39,227 nucleotides of DNA from an uncultured Nitrososphaerales archaeon (GCA_963709405.1 CAVPXM010000051.1:1-39227); one strand, 5' to 3'; positions 11,821 through 22,296 are shown, numbered from the stretch's first letter. The notes: a model not told the origin generated them from the letters alone. Numbers and translations: made by a program.

Positions 11821-12168
11821 ATGATAAGTAAACAAGAATCTGAGAATATAAGTGAAATAGAAGAAATACTAAATAAAGACAATCAGTATGTAATCATAGC
11901 TATAGGAGAAAAGAAAGTATTACAATTCGTTACAACAAAGAAGATTAGAGAAGTAGAGAAGATGTATAACGGACAGCTAGTGAAGAAGGTTCGTTTCATC
12001 GTAATAGAAGCAAATAGTGGAAGTAATACAGAAAAATTCTTTGATGTAGGTAAAAGATCAGCACGGCTAATAATATCTAAATTAAAAGAAGAACATACAT
12101 TGCTTAGTATCGAGAGAATCGGTTCAGGCAAAGATACACTATATATTCCAACACCTAGTGCAACCTAG
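11821..12168 (+). CDS. Hypothetical protein, possible viral OB-fold single-stranded DNA-binding protein
   Basis: Strong SD aggaggtga at 11801-11809; beta-rich sequence; C-terminal IERIGSGKDTLY resembles the RxGxGxxTxY hairpin of phage SSBs; lies after polB and before a T-tract. Confidence 0.55.
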   Translation: MISKQESENISEIEEILNKDNQYVIIAIGEKKVLQFVTTKKIREVEKMYNGQLVKKVRFIVIEANSGSNTEKFFDVGKRSARLIISKLKEEHTLLSIERIGSGKDTLYIPTPSAT

Positions 12169-12261
12169 CACTTTTATTTTTTTATTTTCTATAATTAATG
12201 AGATATGCTTGCGTAACGAAGACAATTCAATTCTGAACTAGTCGAGATATATTATTGGAGA

Positions 12262-12579
12262 GTGAAAGATGGTGGAAGCAAACGTGCAAGCAATGATATT
12301 CTTAAAACGATAGAGAAACTAAATTATGATGAACTGAAATTTAGTGTTATTGAGGATAAACCAAATGTCAGTATATTTATAGAGGTTGACAAACAATCCG
12401 GGACTGACATGGAGGCTGCACGTCAGACATTGATGAAATCCCTTGGTGGGATTCCTATTGGTCGTCCGGGACGTCCTGAGGAGGTAGCTGAACTAGTCGC
12501 ATTTTTGGTCTCCGACAGAGCTTTATCAATCAATGGTAGTGAGTATGTGATTGATGGAGGAACGATTCCAACTGTCTGA
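12262..12579 (+). pseudogene. Chimeric ORF: unknown N-terminus fused to an SDR oxidoreductase C-terminus
   Basis: The last ~60 aa ([26 protein letters not shown]...YVIDGG) are an SDR tail; the first ~42 aa have no Rossmann motif. Confidence 0.75.
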
Positions 12580-12601
12580 TCACTTCGCAAATTAATTACA
12601 T

Positions 12602-13352
12602 TCAAATTTGTGCCATACCCCCATCGACGAACAGTTCGATGCCGGTGATGTAACTGCTCTCATCCGACGCGAGGAATGAAACTACATTCGCAACTTCGTC
12701 AGGACTTCCAGTCCTCCCCATCGGTATGGTGGATACAAAGCTCGTCTTGAACTGCTCAAGCTGTTCCTGACTCTTCGCCAGGCCATTGAGACCCGGTGTG
12801 TCAATCATACCAGGACTAATGGCGTTGACACGGATCTTGCGTTGTTTCAGCTCGACAGTCCAGGTGCGGGCGAACGACCGTATGGCTGCCTTTGGTTGCG
12901 TTGTAAACACTTGATGCCTCTACCCCCTTAGATGCTGCAATTGAGGCATTCAAAATAATCGAACCGCCGTCCTGAAATAGAGGAAGCGCTTTTTGCACGG
13001 TGAACAGAAGTCCTTTGACATTTATGCTGAAGGTTTTATCAAAGTGCGCTTCAGTAATTGCCCCCAATGGAACTAATTCGCCAACGCCGGCGTTTGCGAA
13101 TAGAATGTCGATGCGGCCCTTCTGCTTCTTCACAGTGGCGTACAATCGATCAAGGTCTGCCAGGTTTGAGACATCACCCTGAACACCAGTGATGTTTTTG
13201 CCGATCTGCTTGACAGCTGCATCAAGTTCGCTTTGACGGCGACCAGTAATGAAAACATGAGCGCCGTCTAACACAAATCGTTGTGCTGTGGCGAAGCCTA
13301 TCCCGCTATTTCCGCCCGTGATGACTGCAACTTTTCCTTCAAGCTTTTCCAT
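12602..13352 (-). CDS. Short-chain dehydrogenase/reductase with one +1 frameshift near 12890
   Basis: [17 protein letters not shown] and VDGG motifs; 751 nt = 3n+1. Confidence 0.9.
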
Positions 13353-13557
13353 GATTATTTACTCGTATTAGCAAGTTTTAAGTCTGTGAGAGTTGAGCAA
13401 AATATCTTTGCTATGCGTAGAGATAGATTAGAGTGCCGTGCCGGTGATCCGGTGATTACCACTTGGCGCATGGACGTACTCCATCAATACAGACGTTTTT
13501 GTCGTTCGCCATGGGTAATTTGACGGTATTGGTATTCATAGCAGTCAGAGTTAGTTC

Positions 13558-14598
13558 TCATTTAGTTTTAGTAGAATTAGTAGCAAAGAAATTGTCAAGC
13601 ATTTTTACTACAAAGTCTGGCCTCTCTTCTGGAATCCAATGACCTGAGTTGGAAACTTGTACACCTGTAACATTTTGAGCCAATGCCTTCATTCCATACA
13701 GTGCATAATTAATTGTAACATTCCCCCCAAATGCTGGAATATATCCTGCTCCTACTGCAAGTACTGGCATTGTAAGCTTTGTCCTTGAATAATTCTCATT
13801 TTGAATTGCATCTTGTGGAAACGCCCGGAAATAGTTAAACCCATCCCGCATTCCACCTGGAGCAGAATAATGGCTAACAAATTCGTTGATGTCAGCCTGT
13901 GTAATCGCAGCTGGATTATATGCAAGATTATGATAAAACCATGACAAGTACGTTGACTCCTTTCCACCTACAATAGCTTCTGGTAGATCAGCAAGCTGTT
14001 GAAAAGGAAACCACCATACTTTTCCTTCAAGCTGTGGAGGAGTAAAGCCAGGAAAAATATATTCCATAATTACTAACTTCCGCACTTCAGTCGGATGCGC
14101 TCCTGCATAGGAATAGGCTGGCTGCGATCCTACATTATGGCCGACAAGAAATATCTTTTTGAATCCTAATTGAGTAACTAGTTGATGTATATCTTCAGCT
14201 ACGGTTTTACCATCATAACCTGTTTGTGGTTTTGAAGAATCTCCAAGGCCACGCAGATCAGATGCAATAATAGTATAATTCTTGGCTAGAGTAGGCATTA
14301 CATGTCGCCATTCATACCATGTTTCTGGCCATCCATGCAACAAAACAACAGGATCGCCATGTCCTCCAATAACATAGTGCAATTGGATACCATTAACTGA
14401 AGTCGTATGATGTGAAAATGTCATGTTATCCATCTGAAAAGATGTACCATTAGACTGTTGTTGTGCCATTGCAGTATGATTTTGGTTTAATACTAATGTG
14501 CAACCAAATATGCCGGTAACAATTATACCAATTATGAGAAATGTGATTGCCGTCAAGTAATATGATGCATGGAATGCGGATTTATCCTTCCCATCCAT
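13558..14598 (-). CDS. Secreted alpha/beta hydrolase (epoxide hydrolase/dehalogenase-like)
   Basis: HGWPE oxyanion motif, DLRGLGDS, nucleophile elbow GHNVG, GHWIPEE, and an N-terminal TM/signal segment. Confidence 0.9.
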   Translation of the reverse strand: MDGKDKSAFHASYYLTAITFLIIGIIVTGIFGCTLVLNQNHTAMAQQQSNGTSFQMDNMTFSHHTTSVNGIQLHYVIGGHGDPVVLLHGWPETWYEWRHVMPTLAKNYTIIASDLRGLGDSSKPQTGYDGKTVAEDIHQLVTQLGFKKIFLVGHNVGSQPAYSYAGAHPTEVRKLVIMEYIFPGFTPPQLEGKVWWFPFQQLADLPEAIVGGKESTYLSWFYHNLAYNPAAITQADINEFVSHYSAPGGMRDGFNYFRAFPQDAIQNENYSRTKLTMPVLAVGAGYIPAFGGNVTINYALYGMKALAQNVTGVQVSNSGHWIPEERPDFVVKMLDNFFATNSTKTK

Positions 14599-14776
14599 TA
14601 CCTGACTCTGGCCTTCGGTTTGTTATAAGCCTTTACTTCAATGTCCCTACCTTTGATTATGGAGGATCCAATGAATAATGCACCGGCTATGAGCGGTGGC
14701 GTGGAGAACTGATTTATCAGCAGCTCCGCGGATATACCCAGGGGATTAGTTGTGAGGAAAATCCGTTATCACTTCC

Positions 14777-14965
14777 ATGACAACGGTTGCTAATGTCGTA
14801 GTTGTTATCGTAATTGTATCAGTGGCAGCGACAACCCCTGTCTATGCTCAGGACACACAGGCAGCCAACTATACTAATACCACTAATACGATGACACTAA
14901 TAAAAAAATTGAATGCAAGTTTTATACCTCATAACCATGTAGTTCGATATCGGTATCGTTATTAG
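14777..14965 (+). CDS. Small secreted protein or fragment
   Basis: Hydrophobic leader ending in VYAQ, then an N/T-rich segment. Confidence 0.4.
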   Translation: MTTVANVVVVIVIVSVAATTPVYAQDTQAANYTNTTNTMTLIKKLNASFIPHNHVVRYRYRY

Positions 14966-15504
14966 GTTAGTCTTAGTCATATATCCGCTTGTCTTACTAG
15001 TTCTTTCTACGTGTCGGTTAATCAGTTGGTATGGGTAGACCAGACAGAATTGCTTTGACTATGTTCTTTAATACCGGCCTTACCTTCCGTGCCATATAAC
15101 CGACTCTTAAAGTCGTCAAAATCTTTACTGCTACTTTTGTTTACCCTCAATTGCTTTTAAGCTTGTCTCCATGCCCCTAACCTCAATCATTTGTAGTCCT
15201 GCGGTTAGTAATTCAAAATCCAATATTCTATTTTGTAGCAGAGCCAAACCAAGAGATTCCAACAAACAATAAGAATTAGCGGCAATAGAAGAACTAAAGA
15301 CCTAACACTGCTTGACAGTAAAACATTCAAACGTCTACAAAGCACATTTGGTCCGATAGTGAAATTAATTAAATACTATATGCGCCATTTCTGGATTGGT
15401 GAGCGGAAATTAGTACTTCGAGTGCTACTAACGAGGACTTAAATGTAACTGCCGACATTTTAACGATAATCAAAAAATTCCTGAAGCGTTTTATAGATGA
15501 AATT

Positions 15505-15909
15505 ATGGAGCTTGTCATTATGGATGGATTTGAGGATCAAGTGGATTATATTAAAGAAAATGAATTACCAAAAATCGGCGATATTTTGGACCCACTTATC
15601 AACCGCTTACGCGCCCATGATATTAATAATGATGAAAGAAGAAAACTTTATGAATCCGGATCGACTGGTACAGGCTCTCAATTAGAATATAACATTTTGA
15701 ATAGACTTGTAAAGGTTTTTGATAAATGGTGGAAACGCCTAGACAAGTTCTGGGATGATCGCGGCAGTATAATAAGAAAGGTCATAAAATGGCTCAAAAA
15801 AATCTTCAAAGCAATTAATACAATTCTGGATAGCTTGAAAGCGGCTTTTCCTCAATTAGAATCGCTAAAGCAACTTAAGGATCATCTTGATATCTTGACT
15901 GAAGATTAG
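15505..15909 (+). CDS. Hypothetical alpha-helical protein
   Basis: 134-aa open frame with an amphipathic helical pattern. Confidence 0.6.
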   Translation: MELVIMDGFEDQVDYIKENELPKIGDILDPLINRLRAHDINNDERRKLYESGSTGTGSQLEYNILNRLVKVFDKWWKRLDKFWDDRGSIIRKVIKWLKKIFKAINTILDSLKAAFPQLESLKQLKDHLDILTED

Positions 15910-16398
15910 CCTTGGCAATAATAGGATAAATATCCCAAATCCGTAAAGTGACTTATGTCCTTAAGAGTTGATGACTTTGAGGATCCATATGATAATGTGA
16001 AGATCGTAATGGGTAGACCGGACTTATTGATAGCATGTTCAAAATCAAGAAACAAGATGTCCAGGATAAATCTTGTATACCTTGTATATGATGTTGGAAA
16101 TAAATTAGACATGGTAAGAAAAGACGAAAAACTGATCAAAATAATATGGTGAAACATGCACGGGAGTAAATTCAGTTGAATTCAAAACTGTAAACGGCGT
16201 CACATACAAACAATTTCTCATCGGAAAATGTAATAGTATATGGCTCAGCCATTGGAGATGGCTTATTCCAAATTGCACTTTCTCCGACATTGATTTCTAT
16301 CTACTGTGGCGCAAAAGCGGTAAGTGGAGAAGTTCCATTTCCTAACATCAATACTCCTCCAGCATCAACCCTAACTTGTGCGTTTACAGAAGCAAGTG

Positions 16399-16620
16399 CT
16401 AAAGCTTGTGCCGGAAAACTTCGTTTGCAGGGACATTTAGGGATACCTCGCTTCCATTATATCCTTCCACAAAGGACTTGGGTATCTTAAAAACATGTCT
16501 TCCAGTCATCAAGAAAAGAGAATCTTTGTCAATTGCAATGATATTGCCCATTTCCTCGTAATCGCTACAACGTACTCCTTTTAGAACCAGTCTATCCCAA
16601 TCCTGAATCGCTTCTGGCAC
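16399..16620 (-). CDS. Small PRC-barrel-like protein
   Basis: GVRCSDYEEMGNI...FKIPKSFVEGYNGSEVSL pattern. Confidence 0.7.
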   Translation of the reverse strand: MPEAIQDWDRLVLKGVRCSDYEEMGNIIAIDKDSLFLMTGRHVFKIPKSFVEGYNGSEVSLNVPANEVFRHKL

Positions 16621-16915
16621 ATGTTATTTAACTGTGATTAATTATTTAAAATGATCTGTTCCATGTACTTTACGTGTGTTTACGGCCTAATGACAAAATT
16701 CGACATCATTTAGTCACGACAGATCAAAAGATTACAAACAAGTGATGGTTATCATAGTTGGACACAAATATTGCTCTTATCAGAGCATACCTGCTCAACA
16801 AAAATAGAAAGACTAATTGTTCAGAATTGGCCAGCCACAGGTACGGTCGGGGCACGGATAATGTGCCCAAAATACCCCTTAAAATTCTCCTCGGTTCTGT
16901 CTGAACTCGAAATCT

Positions 16916-17266
16916 TCACGGAAGCAGGTTCAAAATGCTACTTATTATTTTCGCATGATCCGCATCCACCTCCGTAGTAACTAAGAGCAAGTGAGTTTCT
17001 TCTAAAGGAATAGTGATCCTCTTGATTTTTTCATATTCTGTCATTGCATATTTACCCTTCCCAACTTTTGAGGAGAGCGAGTTCCTTAAAGCCCATCTTG
17101 CGATGGCCTGTATATTGGATCTTTTCGTCTCGTCTGGGGATAAAAGATTTGTTATTCCTTCACGTTGTCCACCATGCTTGATCCCGCCAGAGTCGTCACA
17201 AACACCAGCAAATCTTATCTTCGAATCCAGATCAAGGATTTCCTTGCATAGGCTACCATAATCCAT
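16916..17266 (-). CDS. DUF6659-like thaumarchaeal protein
   Basis: IRFAGV...G..REG...LGKGKYAMTEYEKIKRITIP-like pattern; paralogue at 20340-20690. Confidence 0.8.
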   Translation of the reverse strand: MDYGSLCKEILDLDSKIRFAGVCDDSGGIKHGGQREGITNLLSPDETKRSNIQAIARWALRNSLSSKVGKGKYAMTEYEKIKRITIPLEETHLLLVTTEVDADHAKIISSILNLLP

Positions 17267-17550
17267 AATAGTATTATAACGAAAGGAATCTAATAAACCT
17301 CTTGTCGCACGAATCGAATAGGATCCTGATAGAAACCGTACTTACTACTTGACTAACATTATCCGTGCCCCCTCGAATCACTAAATGCATCACTTCAGCT
17401 TCACATATAGTTAGTATAATAACTAATATTATGGACTATCGATCAGATGAAGATCGTCAAAGGTTCTTGGTATCCCATCACTGCAGACTTCTTTGGAAAT
17501 CACTTGATGGAGAATTCAGCTGCTGATAGCAGAATAGGTTCAAGTTCAGC

Positions 17551-17937
17551 TCGAAACCTGTATCTGGATATGACAGAGGATGCTTTGTTGCATAATTCAT
17601 TATCATATTAACTAAACTAGAGGATATTCATAAGTTGGTAACAAGCCTCGGATTTCAAGATGTGTTCGTAGTATGTCATGCTATAGGCGCACAACCTGCC
17701 TACTCATATGCTTCTGCATATCCAGATATATTACAAAAGTTGGCGGTTATGGATTATATCTACCCTACACTGCAGCCAGCCACGGATATGGAAGAATATG
17801 TTAATAATTACGCAGCACCTGGTGATATGCGAAGATTCTCAGAACTGTCATTACAAGAAGTAGGCTTTAACACGGAGATTCTACATGAAAGACTATCTAG
17901 ATTATACCGACTAGCAATGGAAAGATGCGCTGATTGA
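17551..17937 (+). pseudogene. Degraded paralogue of the alpha/beta hydrolase
   Basis: SKPVSGYD, EDIHKLVTSLGF...AQPAYSYA...MDYIYP and YAAPGDMR align in order with 13558-14598, with internal deletions. Confidence 0.8.
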
Positions 17938-18292
17938 CACTAAAAACACATATTCCTAAATGTTAATTATTTCTAGTCTCACTTTAATGGAGTTTATTGT
18001 GGTAGTAAAATCGCTTTGAAAAACTTGGTAAAGACACGGAATTGGAAATCATATATCGCTTTTAATCCTCATTACGAATGACAACTCCCTTTTCCAACTT
18101 AACATCTGATTCAATTCCATGTCCTTCAACTTAGTTTTGGTTAGAACTACTTTCATTCATTCGTTCATTCATACAACATTGCAAGAATATCTCTATATGC
18201 AAATAGCTTTATAACGACTGTGGTAACGTAAACACAAAATTACATGCTGACTATAGTAATTGCAGACCAAACCTGTTGCAAATTTATAAATA

Positions 18293-18439
18293 CTAAATTG
18301 GAGCTCCTTGCCTACTTTTTTCTTCTCTTTCCTCTTTTGATGTGTCTAAAAGTCTTTTGGCTCTAGATCCAAATAGAATTGCAGTAAGAACTATAAAGAC
18401 ACCTGTAACAATGGCATACATATAAGGTAGATCTGCCAT
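18293..18439 (-). CDS. 48-aa single-TM protein (below the ORF-track cutoff)
   Basis: MADLPYMYAIVTGVFIVLTAILFGSRAKRLLDTSKEEREEKSRQGAPI*. Confidence 0.6.
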   Translation of the reverse strand: MADLPYMYAIVTGVFIVLTAILFGSRAKRLLDTSKEEREEKSRQGAPI

Positions 18440-18625
18440 AAGTGTAAATACATATGGTTATAGATGAAAATAAAGTTATCGTCTAAGACGAAAGGCAACT
18501 GAACCTTAGAGCATATTGAGCTCCATCTCAGATCTTAGCTCAAGATAATTGGTCTTTTATATACTAAAATACTTCCAAAAGATCTCATGTATACTTCCTA
18601 AACATAATCTAGTGATGAGTTAGGT

Positions 18626-18811
18626 ATGTTAACATTACGATGTCGTGAGACAGGGTTTGACTGCGATTATCTTCTCAAGGGTGAGACAGAAGAGGAGCTT
18701 TTAAAAAATGGTGCTGAGCATGCTATGGAAGTTCATGATATGAAAGCAGAGGATATTTACCTTAATGGAATCCCTGCCAATTTCTTATGCCAAACTATTG
18801 GTAAGCTGTAA
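18626..18811 (+). CDS. DUF1059-family small metal-binding protein
   Basis: CRETGFDCDY...ETEEEL...EHAMEVH. Confidence 0.85.
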   Translation: MLTLRCRETGFDCDYLLKGETEEELLKNGAEHAMEVHDMKAEDIYLNGIPANFLCQTIGKL

Positions 18812-19103
18812 CGGTAAATAAGTCAAAATAAGTCAAAGACAATCCCAATTCCATGTTAAAATTAACTGAATAGTAGACTGATGGAAGAAATCAGTAGATA
18901 CCATACCAGACTATACCATTTATTCAATAAGCTTCATCTTTCTTTTATAAATAGATTGGATTCACACCGTCAACTTATTTGAAATATATAAAACTATTAT
19001 TTCAATTGTATATTTAATACAAAAAATATGAGAGGTTTTACTTTAATGTATGTGTCCATGCGCAGTCTGCTTCTCTGCGATTCTACATATATTTAGTTCA
19101 AAC

Positions 19104-19292
19104 TTAGGAACATTCTGAGTTTCCTATTGAACCGCTTGCATCTCTGCCAGTTTGTTGCCCTAACAAACACATTCCTTGTGATTGACTACCAGTTGGGTAA
19201 TAGGACTGCTACCATCAGTAGCGGATCCTGATAGTCTACAATTTGCGTTGTTATTTCCAGTGCTAATTATCTGAGCATATGCTTGCTGGTCT
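19104..19292 (-). pseudogene. Remnant of a small secreted Cys-containing protein
   Basis: QQAYAQIISTGNNNANCRLSG...(frameshift)...GMCLLGQQTGRDASGSIGNSECS*; no leader. Confidence 0.35.
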
Positions 19293-19576
19293 TTCTTCTT
19301 CGTCTTCCTGACTAGTCAACGTTAGGTCCAATATCTTTTTTTCGGAGGTCCTATCTTCAGGATACATATGGCTTTATTAGCGCTATCATGGTTAAAGCTA
19401 TTTCTTCCTAGCCTACTTGGATGAAACGAGGCTATGCAAAAGCTGCTGTAACTCAAAAATTTCGTTAGACAAAGGGGATTAGAATCTCTCCTTAGGGTCG
19501 AACCAGACTTATTTGATGTGTTGAGAGACGAGCATCCTGATTGGTCCAATCAAGATTTGGGATCTAGTCTTGTTAA

Positions 19577-20050
19577 GCCGATATTATTACACAGCCTCAG
19601 TTTACCGAGGAAACGGTAGAGGGAACGCTCCCCGTAACAGTAGCAGGAGGAACCGTATTCAAATCATGTGGTTTCGTTGAATCCCTAGGCGAGGATATCA
19701 ATATACAGAACAATCAGATCAGACCTTTAGGCTCATACGATGTCCAAAAGAAAGTAAGACTAGGTGAGGAAATATCATCAACAATTGTATTCCAACCATC
19801 AGACTTTAAACTAATGAAATATGGTATGCTAACACCAGTAGCACCAGCGACAACTCCGGCCGACCCCACGATGGCGGCCCCGAACGGCACAAACGGTGTC
19901 TCTATTAGCATACTCATGACAGCGCTCATAAACGGCACTGAGAAATGGAAAATATTCAAAGGTGTAAAATTTGATGGTTGTTCAGGCACTATAGAACGTG
20001 AGTCCGGTTTTAAGGTAACAATGCCCTTCCGAGCCAAAGACGTTTTTTAG
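19577..20050 (+). pseudogene. Phage tail-tube (major tail) protein-like fragment
   Basis: Open frame of 158 codons without its start: QPQFTEETVEGTLP...CGFVESL...IRPLGSYD...FQPSDFKLMKYG...IFKGVKFDGCSGTI. Confidence 0.55.
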
Positions 20051-20105
20051 TTTCTTAATTAATAAATAAGCGAACATCAACCAAAGTTTTTTATAGATTT
20101 CCATT

Positions 20106-20306
20106 ATGCAACTTTGTCCGAGATTTATAATTCGTGCAGTGATGCCAACAGAAGCCAGAAACAAGATGGTAAAGGATCCGAACTTTCTAAAGAATCTGGA
20201 AGAATATACGAATAAGGCTAAACCAGAAGTATCATACTTCTTTGAGGCTAAAGGGGGTAGTGGAGTAATAGCAGTTTCTCCTATGTATGTATTGATTCAT
20301 ATGTAA
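20106..20306 (+). pseudogene. Truncated GYD/DUF3303-like protein
   Basis: RFIIRAVMPTEARNKMVKDPNF...KPEVSYFFEA, after which the sequence diverges. Confidence 0.55.
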
Positions 20307-20339
20307 TAATAAATTTGTTAAGGCTGACTCAAGGCTTTA

Positions 20340-20690
20340 CTATAGATTTAATCCTCTCACACCATTAATTATTTTTGAGTGATCAGCAGCAACTTCTGTT
20401 GTTATGTATAAAAGATGGTTATCAGCTATTGGCATAGTTATTCGCTTTATCCTTTCATATTCAGCCAAAACATACTTTCCTTTTCCTATTTTTGGTTCAA
20501 GCTGGCTACGTGTTCTCCATGCATTAACGGCAAGCTCAAGTGACCTCTTACTTTCATCCGGCGTTAGAATATTCTTTACACCTTCTCGATGGCTCGAATA
20601 CATTATCTTTCCATTAGGATCACAGATAGTAATTAATCTGATGTTTAGATCCATGCCCATAATTTTTTCATAAATTTGTTTGTACTCCAT
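20340..20690 (-). CDS. DUF6659-like thaumarchaeal protein
   Basis: Paralogue of 16916-17266 (IGKGKYVLAEYERIKRITMP). Confidence 0.8.
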   Translation of the reverse strand: MEYKQIYEKIMGMDLNIRLITICDPNGKIMYSSHREGVKNILTPDESKRSLELAVNAWRTRSQLEPKIGKGKYVLAEYERIKRITMPIADNHLLYITTEVAADHSKIINGVRGLNL

Positions 20691-20790
20691 TATTCTCTGT
20701 ATATGATAATGGACATACTTCTAATAAAATATTCTACCCCTTGGTATCTACCATCTACCAACTACAGTTTTTTGGTAGAAACCTGATCTG

Positions 20791-20852
20791 GAAGATGAAG
20801 GAAGAAGCCATATGTTGCTATTTGGAAATGGGTTCAGAGGTTTAATCCCAGA
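20791..20852 (+). pseudogene. IS6-family transposase HTH remnant
   Basis: EDEGRSH-(2 nt)-VAIWKWVQRFNP matches the archaeal IS6 motif RSHVAIWxWVQ. Confidence 0.6.
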
Positions 20853-20876
20853 TGTCACTACTGTAAATCGCAAGAT

Positions 20877-20993
20877 ATGCAGAAAATCCCCTTTCAATCC
20901 GAACGCCCCTTACTCAGAATCGGGTCAATCACATTCCTTACTGGTCTTGCTATTTTTGTCATATCTAGCGCATTCCATGCTGGGAGAATTTGA
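20877..20993 (+). pseudogene. N-terminal fragment of a membrane protein (DUF4386-like)
   Basis: MQKIPFQSERPLLRIGSITFLTGLAIFVISSAFHAGRI*. Confidence 0.4.
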
Positions 20994-21498
20994 CCAAATA
21001 TCTACAAGATCACGAAAAAGCATACTTTGACAGAATTAATGGATTCAAGACGCAGAAAATCAAGCGTTCCTGATAATAGTTTTCCACTTGTTCTCTACTT
21101 CAATCATGATACTACACTTTTCCGTAGGTGTTTTTTCCCATCCAATGCCCTATAAAGGTCTTGGTCTAGACTTAGTGTACAATTAGTAACAAATATAGCA
21201 GTGCGGGCAAAGATCTCTAAATTCATGCAGGTTGCAGGGAATTACATAACTACATTGAATTCATAAAGCAATCTTTATTCTCGGGATTTTGCATTGCCGG
21301 CATTCGTTTGCTTATGGACCAGGATGAGTTCCGGCAATTATTTCCCTCAGTTCTTGGTCGTTTGTAATCAAACTTAGAGCACGTTGAACTGCTTCCAATA
21401 CGAATAGGAGCCCAGGCCATCCATTTAGATAAAAGTCACAGATTATTCTCGCAAACCGGCAGAACGCAGATCTTCAATATCGGCATTTTTTCCGAACG

Positions 21499-21706
21499 CT
21501 ATAACTGTGGTTTTGCCAATTTCTTAGAACAACATGGACACCGTCTGAATGGTTCAACTAACAATAGGGCTATCATAAGCCCATGATCTGATATACCATC
21601 CCGGCTTTTTTACTGCGTTAAACCTATCATCTTCGGGTCTATAATATCGAATATCATTGTAATCTACGGCCTTTTCGAAATCATTACAGTTGCAATAATC
21701 GGACAT
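21499..21706 (-). CDS. Small zinc-ribbon-like protein with a +1 frameshift
   Basis: MSDYCNCNDFEKAV...GWYIRSWAYDS-(frameshift)-LLVEPFRRCPCCSKKLAKPQL*; 208 nt. Confidence 0.55.
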
Positions 21707-21764
21707 AATAAGCCATATGTGATGTTATTCAAAAATAAAAGAAAACTAGAATGTCATTTCAACT

Positions 21765-22296
21765 TTAGATTAAGATAGTACATGTTAGATGTTGACCTGC
21801 ACTAATGGTACCAGTTGCCTGGAAACGGTTCGTTTGTATGCAATCACCCGAGAAGACATTATTTCGTGTTGGCGAAAACGATGTTATTACGAAATTACCA
21901 GCATCTAATGTAACTAATTGGCTATCCCCGCCTCTAAGAGAGAACGAAGACGGCTGAGGATTATTACCCGCAATGACTATCATAAAACTTAATTGTACAC
22001 AAATTGGATCCGGAAGGTTACAGGTTTTAACCAATAGAGTTGTAGTTCCTGGCTTTCCAGCAGTTGGTACACCATTATTGACATTATTTGTTGATTGTTG
22101 ATTACAAGAATCTGATACGGTGCTATCAGCACCTACTGTATTACAATGCATTCTGTTTAGTTTCTTGTTTCAGGATTCTCGAATCAGCAAATACTGTTGG
22201 TACATTTGTTGTGTATATTCCTGTTACTAATACCGTAGTTAAGAGAATTACTACTATCAGCGTTAGGTTATGACGATACGTGTTATTCGCTCTCAT
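21765..22296 (-). CDS. Secreted Cys-containing protein with a C-terminal beta-sandwich-like domain; one frameshift near 22147
   Basis: Leader MRANNTYRHNLTLIVVILL...VFADS joins CNTVGADSTVSDSCNQ...GNNPQPSSF...FSGDC...LTCTI after removal of one base. Confidence 0.7.

Noticed and set aside
10158-12168. Casposon
   Set aside because: No Cas1-like gene or terminal inverted repeats were found; polB alone is insufficient.
14700-14730. GC-rich hairpin as a tRNA fragment or att site
   Set aside because: No TTC loop, CCA end or second copy in the window.
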